DNA of 64,000 nucleotides from Octopus bimaculoides (Eukaryota). A program made the translations under genes and the position numbers. Positions within the stretch are counted from its first letter, which is position 1; each line of letters starts with the position of its first letter. Shown here in pieces: positions 53,587-64,000 of this stretch. The stretch covers positions 107,893,729 to 107,957,728 of the forward strand of contig NC_068984.1 in assembly GCF_001194135.2 (NCBI RefSeq), given 5' to 3'. The notes below the pieces were generated by a model, which worked only from the letters and a program-made list of their open reading frames with translations, did no database searches and was not told the DNA's origin.

Positions 53587-56004
53587 CAGAGACGTGTCAC
53601 AGTATACAATATTGTGAGGTTGTTGACTGAAGATATTGTGCCTACCGGGGGTTTGTATTATTTGTCAAGTCACAACAAGGACCTTAGACAGTAGTTTACG
53701 CAATATGCGTACAGTTCCAAGTAATGCCGACCTTTGCAATACATCTAGATTGTAGGTATTTCTAAGGTTTTCAGATGTTTTTTTTTTTCAGATTGGGTGG
53801 TATTAAACCTGTAGCGTACTTATCTCTCTGTCTGTCATATATGCATGAGTGCGGACGTAGTGGTTAACAGCTAGCAGTCGGCCTCACTTTTGGACCCTGT
53901 TGTGTTCACCACTCTGATTGGTTGGTATTGGCGCATTTTTGTCTCCTGTTTTATTTCGCGCCAGGGTACAACCCAACCAATCGCCGCCTTCAGATAAGGT
54001 CGCGTGGGACAGACTTTCTGAACCTCTCTTTGAGCCGATAGTATCTTATAAATAGCTAGCTTTTCACTGTCACGTTTGTCAGTCGGCTTTAGACCTTCTG
54101 AGGTCTAGCCGCTGACCACAGAGTACACAGCCAGTTCCAGTGACGACACGACACAGCACATGGAGACTCGTCAACACCTCGTTCAACACCCTACTGCAAA
54201 CTCCATCTTCGTCGCCACCGTCATCTTCTTGACTACATCAACTGTTCTACGTACACACTAACCAGCAGCACCCGCACAGGTTCTCTCAACTCTGTTTGTG
54301 AATTGCTTCACCATGGTTAACAGCGAGTACAACCTGCGAGACCTCCTGTACCAAGTAACCGTTGCAAAATCGAAGCCTCAACTTCTCGTGCGACAGTATC
54401 TTTTCTCGGCTCTGCCTTGCCGCCACAACTTCTTGATCCAGCACTTCAACTACTGTGCACCTTGAATACGAACTGGTACTTACCATCCCTGTGTCTGGAC
54501 TTTCTTCTAACGTCCTTATAGACTCTTTTCTGTGCTCTGTATTTCACGCACACACATATATCTTTGTATACACATACATTTTGTTTACATGACGGCCTGT
54601 CTATTATTGTGTTTATTATGTCGCACTCCCACATACAGACATACATGTTGACATATCAATAAAATCTTCTCTTAAACCTTCTACCGGTTGTGTCTCTCTT
54701 TCCTTCTTGGCACTCATATTCATTTATCCTCTTTTCGTGTTTTTATTTGTACCGACCGTGCGATGTTCTAAGGAGCCATTTCCTCGTCACCATCGCCTGG
54801 TCGCACGGTCGTTACAAACCCAATGTTCCGATAACAATAGAGATAACGTTTATGTTTGACTCTCGTAGCTGCTACATCTTAGCGATCTCAATTCTCAGGT
54901 CTCCATTTTTATCAATCTTTTCTCTTTCTTTCATGATAATACGTTGATCTCCTGGCACTACTACGTTGATTATTAGGCACTCTTGATTGTCCCTCCTAAA
55001 AGTTATTATATCCGGCCTTCGGTGCTTTAAAACCTTGTCTGAGTGGAAATCAAAGTCCCAGAGTATTTTTGCCTTTCCCTTTTCGTCCATTAACTTTTCC
55101 GGTGTATGTTGGTACCCAGGACCCATAACCTCATATCCATATTTATGGCATAGTAGCTAGTGGAGGTTTTGCGCTACCTTGTCGTGTCTACGCTTGTACT
55201 CTTTCTGCGCAAGACTTTCAGAAGCATTAACAATGTGAGTCACGCTTTCTACCCTCTTCCCACACATTCTGCAGAGATCTGATGCACTCGTGTAGTATAT
55301 ATTCTTTTTCACTGAGTTGGTATTCAGTACCTGATCCTGGGCGGCGATGATTAGGCTTTCAGTCTTCTTTTTTAGGTCACTCTTGTTGACCCACCTCTAT
55401 GATGCTTCCTGGTCTTTTAATTTGTTGGTTTCACGGTGGAACTGACCATGTAATTCTATACGGAGTAGGGTTTCTTCTCTCTCGTTGGCTGTTCTTGATC
55501 GGAATTCATGAGCACTCTTAAGTTCATATTTCTCAGCTCCTTCTGCACTAGCAGCATACTGTAGCATGTCTTGTTTGCTGTTTACCAAATATTCTGCCAT
55601 ATTTCTTCTTTCACTGTTGATGAACTCCCGTATGCTAATCAGCCCACGTCCATATTTACCTCTCTTTATGCAGACCCTTAGGATCGAGCTCACCATGCAT
55701 TGTCATTGTCTTTCAGGTAGTACGATCGAGTTGGTCAATCTCCGCTTGTGTCCATCTCAGGATGGGTGCACTATAGCGGACTACAGCAACTGCCCATGTG
55801 TTGATGACAGTCACAAGGCTCCTTGAGTTGAGTTTTGATTTTAAGAGAAGTTTGAGGCGCTTGAAATATGCAGTGATGACCTTGTCTTTCATTTCTTTGT
55901 GCAAGATATTGTCCAGCTCCAGGATCCCGAGGTACTTGTACCATCATCATCTGGGTCTTCCATTCTCACTCCGTTTGGCAATTCTATGCCCCTACAATTT
56001 ACTC

Positions 56005-56005
<1 letters not shown>
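53587..56005 (-). mobile_element. R4/Dong element (thumb, CCHC, RLE) split by a solo LTR
   Basis: YLGIL, LKSKLNSR, GRGLISI, IIAAQDQ, CRMCGKRVESVTHI, KILWDF..HRRPDII; reading resumes IGTLG|LIPPNL once the LTR is removed; ATT arrays at 53547-53586 and 56007-56103. Confidence 0.88.
53810..54816 (+). mobile_element. Solo LTR (1007 bp) with 4-bp TSD AACC
   Basis: Termini TGTAGCG...CGTTACA; AACC at 53806-53809 and 54817-54820; TATAAAT at 54047 and AATAAA at 54658. Confidence 0.8.
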
Positions 56006-56081
<76 letters not shown>

Positions 56082-56103
56082 CATTATTATCATTATTATT
56101 ATT

Positions 56104-56330
56104 AGTGAATACATCGCACAGTATCGGACATTGTGATGTTGTAGATTAAAGATTCTGTGTTGACCGGGGATTTGTGCCGTCTTTCAAGTCCCAACATGGA
56201 TCTCAGACAAACAACGCTTTATGCAGTATGTGTGCAGTTCCAAGTATAGCCGATTTTTGCAATGCAACAACATTGTAGTTTATTTCTAAAGTGTCCAGAT
56301 GTTTCTTCACGTTGGGTTGTCTTCTGTAAA
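56104..56330 (-). mobile_element. R4/Dong 3' tip
   Basis: LQKSAILGTAHILHKALFV-stop, abutting the ATT array. Confidence 0.75.
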
Positions 56331-59300
56331 AAGTATTACTGTGGGTATCTCCGTTTCTTAGAATATAAAGAGAGCTTTTCCAAAGCCGCAGAGTAAAACC
56401 GTTTTCTCTGCTTAACGGTAATACATTTTTCAGTGGGTGTATTTGTTTTCCACGTTCAAAGCGTTAACCGTCGAAGCGGTATCTTAGTGCGTCGTAGATT
56501 TTTAAAGAATTTTGAAAAACATATTTTGAAAAACATTAGTGTCTTGAAAAACATTAGTGTCTTGAAAAACGAGTTACAGGAAAAGCAATAATTTTGCGTA
56601 TATTTTTTTACTAAATTTTCGACTTAACATGTAGTTTGCTTTTAACTTTTTTTCTAAATGCATCGACATATTTATATTTTTATAATGCTTAGCGGTATTT
56701 CGTCCGTCTTTTTGTTCTGAGTTCAAATTCCACTGAGGTCGACTTTGCCTTTCATCCTTTCGAGGTCGAAAATTAAGTATCAGTTAAACACTAGGCTCCA
56801 TGTAATTGACTAGTCCCCTCCCCAAAAATTTCAGGCCTCGTGCCTATAGTAGAAAGGATTATTATTATTATTAGTTGATCTTCAGTTCACCACAGTCAAA
56901 TTGATTGAGAAGTACTGTTCTAGACATTGAGGAATAATTTGGCATTTTCATGTCTTTTACAAGTGAATAAACTGAAGTTAATAGAATTCATTCATGCATT
57001 TAATATCAGAGTGAGGTCTTTGTGAATCAAGGCTTCTACAGTAATCTTTCACGCCATGTATGTTGTCTCACGTACTGTCATGTTTTATTAACTGTTAAAT
57101 GGCAAACAAAAAAAAGACATCTTCAGGGGAAATAACTTTCATTGGAAAAAAATAAAGGTCTAATGATAGTTATTTCCCTTATAAAGCTATCTGCAGCTTC
57201 GATTACTAATAAATTTTAATTTGAAATATGCAAGTGACAGAGCAGATAAGTTATCTACCTTCCGAAAAGAGACCTATTATTTGTTAACCCTTGGTTAATA
57301 CTGAGAGATGACATTAACGTAACGACTAGTCCATCCATTAATCGTATAAAAAATAATCGCTATAGCTAGATAATGGTAAAAGTTCAAAGACAGAGATAAC
57401 TTAGAGCGACAATATACAAGAGAAAAAGACGAAATAAGCGGGTGAAACTTACGTAACAATTCATTTTGCTATTAATTAATAAATGTTCTAACTAACCAAA
57501 ATATAGTAATTCGCCCAATATTGTTCCAAATTGTATTAATGCAATATTATAGGACATTTAGTTTCGTTCTTTCTCTTGTGAGTTCAAATCATGAAGAAAA
57601 GATGGGTTTATTTTTCATCTTCACAAACACGATAAAATAAGCGTGCTACTTAAATCATAATGATTAGATTGACTATGTCCTTTCCTACATACTAGTGTTG
57701 TTTTCTTTGTGTGACTCTGGAGAAGACGATTGGGGGAGAAAAACTTCCCCACAACTCGACCTCCTACGAAACAATTCCACCCAATCGGCTCAACTAGATG
57801 TACTATTTACTTCAGTTTGGCTCCTAGTTCTGTCAAAAATTGCATGAAATAGTTTGTGTCTATAATCCATCGAACGTTCAGCTCTATCACATCCTGGTGG
57901 ATATCTTGCTTTGTTTGAGGATTTCCACTATAGATAGCATTAAAGGCAGGAAATGAGAGTTCCCAATGCTTAATTGATTCCGGACTTGACTATAGGTTAT
58001 GTCTTAAGCAAACCACTTCATTTCACGTCATTCAGCTATAACTGCGTAACCCTGCAACAGACTGGCGTCCCGTTTAGAGAGATTGTCATGGTCCCGATCA
58101 AATATAAAGCGAGTAACTGGTCCCATGGGTCCAAGGAATCGAGACAGTAGTGCCCAGGTGGTTTACTTATCATTCGTTTGAATGAGTCATACAACACTGT
58201 AGAAAAAAAATGCCATTCAAATTTTCAAGAACTAAAAGTAAACATTTTACAGATCCACACTAAGGAGAGATTTCTATAGATGCGAAACTACTCCTATCGG
58301 CGAGTAGCTGTCCTTTCTTAGATATGCTTTCTGGGGCAGAAGATATATTCTTCCTTGAAAACATCCTTTCTCAAATAGATATCTTTTCAATGATAGCTGT
58401 ATTTTCTGAGACTTTTTTTTAAATATTCATTGAAAAATATTCTTTCTCGGATAGATGCCTTTTTCATGATAAATGTATTTTCTTAAATCTCTCTTAGATG
58501 TGCATTCTCATATGTCCTTTCTTGTACTGAAAATATGTCCTTCTTTGAAACATTGTCAGTTCTTAGATAAACGTTCTTTCTTTGAAATATGTCCTTTCTT
58601 ACACATCATTTCTTAAATTAATGTCCTTCCTTACGTAGATCTCCCTTCTCAAATATATATCCTTGCGTGGACAGATATCTATTCGCGGGTGAATGTTCTT
58701 TAGATAATCCTTCCTCAGATGGATATCTTTTCGTTCATAGATAGCTTTTCAATGATAGGTAATCTACTATAATCCAAAAGTTAATCTACTAAATATCTCT
58801 TATCTTCCAGTCGTTAAGCAGAAAAGGCGCAACCCTCCTCTTAATGAGAGGGACTGAAATCAGTTTTGCAAGCAAAAGAAATACTTGTCCATTTTACTGA
58901 TATACCACTGTTTATTATGGCAAATAGTACTTATCACTTGATGTATATTTATAGCTAAGTATTGTGAGGCATTTGTGAAATAGAAGTCAAACATACGGCC
59001 ACGAGCTACAGAATACAAACCGACCTCCTACTGACTCAGACAACTCTATGCACGAGAACTTTTAAAGATTTGTGCTACGAATATTGCAGTGTATCCTTGA
59101 CTATTTAATGCTCGTGCCACATAGTTGTGAATAAGATATTATAATACTGAATGTTATTATGTTGCAGTGTTGACTTCAACTCTGCTTGTTTGGCATGAAG
59201 AACGTAACTGTGAAGAGAAAATGATCCGGCACTCGGTTCAAATCCAGATTTTTAACCATGTTGGCTACTGCATCGTCCATGCACCTGCCAGAAATAGCAG

Positions 59301-59528
59301 CTAATTCTTCCTGAAATTGCACCCAACCGTCTTAAATTATATCTGGGGAAAATCTGGAGCTAAGCAAAAAGATATGATGGTCACAACTGGAAGGTCTTTA
59401 ATCAAAAGTCTGCCCAGTCAAAACAAAACAATACGGCTACTGGTCCCTCGCAATGTCCTTTCCATTACTCTCTCTCTCTCTCACTCTCTCTCTCTCTCAC
59501 TCTCTCTCTCTCACTCTCTCTCTCTCTT

Positions 59529-59566
<38 letters not shown>

Positions 59567-59969
59567 CCCTCTCTCTCTCTCTCTTTAAAAACACGCTACA
59601 ATTCATCCCATTAAGTGCATTCCTTCTTCGATCTCTATACATTCACAAGAATCCAACAATCTCTCTCACTTCCAAACATTTTAAGCTGGTTGATTCAACA
59701 ATGGTGTTGATAGACTTTGTGCCGCCCTGAAAAGCCCACGATTATGCTATGCGTCTATCCACCCCAACAGAAAAAAAACACATAACATAATATACGTATA
59801 AGTCTGCATTTAAAAAAAAGCAGCCTATGTGAATTGCCGCCTTGACCCATTATGGTCTATGCTAGTGGAACTCAGTCATTAACAACCACCTGCAATAATT
59901 TTAATCTTTGGTCCTTAATAACCGTTAGTATGACTTGTTACTGACCAGTGAACCCTCTTGTGCAAGATT

Positions 59970-61460
59970 CAGTAGGAACAATGTTATTGCCCCTAATGTC
60001 AGCAAAGTACCTTCCACTGTGTTTGTCACACCAATCTCCTAGTAAAACTGTCTCTGCATGGTCCTCTTTCATCTCCTTTTTCGTATTGAAGGCTCCCTGT
60101 CAGATCGTGCCATTGCGATATGAGCTGATTAGACTAACTCTGACTCACATTCTATCAGCTATGGTGTGCATCAAAGTTCCGTCTTGTTCCACACACACTT
60201 CCTCCTGTACATCAATGGCGCATAACATGCTCGTCAATAACATCACACTTCTTTTATCCCTAAACTTCCATATCTAAGCATCATCCACATGAAACTTAAA
60301 CACCTCACTCCAAACTCGATGCTTTTCTTTAATTTTTGTGCAACCCTTTTAATATGTATAATGTCACATTTTTCATGGAGGGATCGTGGGAAACTCGTGA
60401 AATGTCCCGGGAAGTACAATGTCTAGAAACGCCATTTCTTTGTCAAGACCATTTCTTGTAAACATCTTCCAATGAGGACTGCTCATTGCGTCCATCAGTC
60501 ACAATTACCCAAGACTCTGCAATAATCACAAAGCCCTGTCCTTCCTTCCTAAGATGTTGGTTCACTGGAAACCCCTGCGTGCACATATTTTTCTTGCAGC
60601 CACAAACTTGTGCTATCCATTTCATTGTCAACGCCATTTCTTGTAAACATCTTCCAATGAGGACCGCTACTATCGTCTAATTCAGTAGCGTAAAGACACG
60701 ACCACTAAACAGTCTAGAAGTGCAATCCTCCACCTTAAACAGCCATAACAGAAGGCAACTAAAATCGTTCTACAAATGTTCTGTTTCATCATCACCGCAG
60801 ATCTCCCCTAGTGATCACACATCCTCCTCATAGTAAAGACTGTTTCAAAGAGTGTCCCACATCTTGAGAGTCAGAAAACTTTTCAGCACCGATAAACTAA
60901 TAACTTTCTACAAAGTTTGTATGGGACCCACGATGAGCTGCTCTCACAACTGAGACGGTATTCGTCGTATATGTACCGACATCCTACAATGCACTCAAAA
61001 TAAAAGCCATTTGACTAACATGAAGTCACTCGACTATTACACTCCAATCTCTGGTCCTTAGACGCACTGTGTCCCCTCAGTGACTTTCCTACGGTCACTG
61101 CAGCGGCCTCTGTACTTTGAAGTTTACTAGTCTTGTCTCACTTCCACTCAGGCATTTTCCACTCACTCATCTCTCTCCATTTGCCTTCTCCCATCCTCCG
61201 CTCACTGTGTCCATCAACTACAATCACCCAAGACTCTGCAATAATCACTCTATCCAGTCCTTCCTCCCCACTGAAAAATCCCTCCGAGCACACAAGTTTT
61301 TTCCTGAAACCACAAGCTTACACCTATCCACCACTAACATTAACCGCGCTGTTCTCTGAAGTCTCAGGAGAAAACTGCGAACGTAATAGGCCTGACCTGG
61401 TCCCTTCTCACAGACCAGGCAAATTTATCTAAAAGAGACATCCCAACAGTGACCACACCA
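59970..61460 (+). mobile_element. Decayed CR1/L2-type LINE RT with internal duplications
   Basis: SISYGVHQSSVLFHTHFLLYING (GVPQGSVL..LFLLYIND-like) at ~60150-60220; YKVCMGPTM..LQSLVLRR at ~60900-61070; duplicated blocks 60445/60630 and 60492/61208. Confidence 0.6.
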
Positions 61461-61723
61461 TCTGTATAGCTGTATCCAATAATTAACGTAATTTAATGTG
61501 AAATGGACTTGACTGCTATTTCTACAACGCCGACACACCTCGTAGATCATTTCCGTTTGGCCTAGTCATTTAATTGTTTCGAGAAGGAACACAAACAAAA
61601 CCTACCACCCCTCTTACTGAAAATGAAGAAATCCACCCAGACGAGGTGAGTTTCTAAACTAGAACTCTCTTCCCATTACGTCTGCATGACATTGTATTTT
61701 TTTTTTTTACTATCATCATCATT

Positions 61724-61754
<31 letters not shown>

Positions 61755-61755
61755 A

Positions 61756-61815
<60 letters not shown>

Positions 61816-62030
61816 TAGAAGGGTGGAGACGGAGTAGGTTGTATAATTATTATTTTTTTCTTGTTTGTTTTCTTACTATTTTCTTTTTTTATTTCTCTGT
61901 TCTTTACAAACCTTGATAGACGGCAGCTTTTGTGTGTGAATTTGTAGTGGTGTATGTATATGTATTCATGCTAATAAGTATGTGCATACGCATGCGTGTC
62001 TCTGTGAATAGGTGCATGTGTGTGTGTGTG

Positions 62031-62082
<52 letters not shown>

Positions 62083-62703
62083 TTTATATACATGTGTGTA
62101 TCTGTGTATCTCTGCTGCATTGGGTAGTGTTTGTTTACAAAACAGTTCGACCCTGACCTACAACCGACCAGTAAGACATCAGTTACCAGCCATTGGAACC
62201 ATTGAAAACACCGGTGTGCGCGCGCGTATGTGTGAGTATGTGTGTGCGTGTGCGTGTCCATGTATGTGTGTGTGTGTGTGTGTGCGTGCACGCGCGCGCG
62301 CATGCGTGTGTGCAGTTGTCGAGAGTAAAGCATTCAAAATAAAGTAAAAAAAAAACAAATGCCTCGCTGGGGGTCAACACAATTTAGTGTTTACTCTGTC
62401 TCAGTGTCTGTCTGGGTGGTGGGCTGGGTAGGTGGTACTCTGGATTCGGTGGCTGAGTGTATGGGTGGATAGTGCGCTTGATACATGGGTAGTTGGATCA
62501 CGTGTGTGTGTATATATACAAATGTATGTACGTATGTATGTATGTATGTATGTATGTATGTATGTATGTATGTATGCATGTATAGACAGATAGTTTGAAC
62601 AAAAAATGAGCTAAGAGAAATAACTCGGTAGCCAGTGGCATATGTGTGTGTCTACATGCATATATGTGTGCATGTGTGTGTGCTTGTGTGTGTGTGTGTG
62701 TGT

Positions 62704-62781
<78 letters not shown>

Positions 62782-63634
62782 TAAACACAAATGGCGTTTA
62801 AAATTTACGACAGCTGTCTCGGTAGAATTTTATTTATTTAATGCAGTCATAAAAGACATCATAATATACTATCCACGATCATCAGGTAAAATTTTAAACA
62901 AGTAAAATGTCAAGGTTCATATTTATATGCGTATGTATGTCCTTATCTGTATACATTTATATGTATGGAAATGTGTATGTATTTATATTTTTTTTTATGC
63001 CTGTGAATATATGTTTATATGCAGGTATATCAATACAGGTATATTAAATACCTTACAATATAATATTGTGTTTTGTTAAAATTATCTCCGCTTCTAGAGG
63101 ATGTGTCATAATTACTAAATGGCAAGTAGAATCCTCCAAATTTGGCATGCCATTAAGGATAACGACTGGCTTATTGTCTAGGGACAATAACAGCATTTGT
63201 GGACACGTGTGTCGGCTTCATATCGACAGAAAGTTTTAAAAGTAACCCAAGGGCCAAGAGGGTCAAGGGTGACCCGAAAAAAATTGAACTGTTCTAAAAT
63301 TGCAAGTTCGATAGCGTGAAGTAGAATTCTTTCTAGAATGTTCGATTAGAATTTAATATTGAGAAGTCACGCAACAATTAGAAATTTCGAATTGTTTTAC
63401 CATTAAACAGACGGTAGACTTAAGAGATGAAAAGTAAATAAATACATAGATATGTGTGTATATATTTTCTTGTATGTGTATATGTGTATGTATGTATGTA
63501 TGTATGTATGTATGTATGTATGTATGTATGAGTGCATGTATATATGAGTGCATATGTATATGAATATGTGTATAAACTGAGGGAGAGAAAGATGGAAAGA
63601 GAGAGAAAGATGGAAAGAGAGAGAAAGAAAGAGA

Positions 63635-63692
<58 letters not shown>

Positions 63693-64000
63693 CCGAGAGT
63701 TACGACATTCTCTTCAGAAGATGAATGATAGGCGATTGTCATAAAAGTTAAACCAAAATAGATGTTCCCCCAAAAGTATGTTAAAAATGCTAATGTTTTC
63801 AACGAGATATCGATGTTGGAAACATTTCTTCCAGATCTATAAACATTAGATGATACAGAAATTATTTGTCTTTTCAAGCATCTCACACCAGGTAAATGAG
63901 AGTTGTGACCACAGACGTTGTTGAAGGGCAAACTCTTTAGCTCTTTTTGAAATTTCAAGGTCACTGTAAATAAACACTATAAGGTTTTTTATGATGTTCT

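Noticed and set aside
61560-61654. Good donor (gag|gtgagt) after a short open stretch
   Set aside because: No convincing acceptor or start and no recognisable protein; isolated consensus donors are common
578-63964. Poly-YI, HT, CV, I/L/Y and ER ORFs
   Set aside because: Translations of (TA)n, (CA)n, (CATA)n, (ATT)n and (GA)n microsatellites
63353-63964. 203-aa minus-strand ORF
   Set aside because: About half is microsatellite; the remainder shows no recognisable domain or exon structure

Overview
AT-rich, microsatellite-dense eukaryotic genomic DNA with many N gaps. The repeat families suggest a cephalopod such as Octopus (inference). The window holds the 3' ~50 kb of one + strand multi-exon gene, with 13 exons recoverable by hand from 1070 to the stop at 51410. 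It encodes a probably secreted protein with tandem VWC-type cysteine repeats followed by two C-terminal ShKT domains; the gene start lies upstream of the window. All five VWC first-half exons are exactly 115 nt. Two of them (5481, 12605) have no visible partner exon between them, so either they are mutually exclusive or an exon lies in an N gap. ShKT2 carries a Lys-Phe pair in the same register as the ShK toxin K22-Y23 dyad. Introns and the 3' flank contain short echoes of the VWC exons, R4/Dong-like retrotransposon fragments in (TAA)n arrays (often tail-to-tail with one SINE family), a Tx1-like element in a GATA array, a solo LTR nested in a Dong copy, plus mariner/maT, RTE, CR1-like and Penelope-like fragments and several tRNA-derived SINE families. 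No rRNA, true tRNA or CRISPR was found. All alignments and counts were done by eye.
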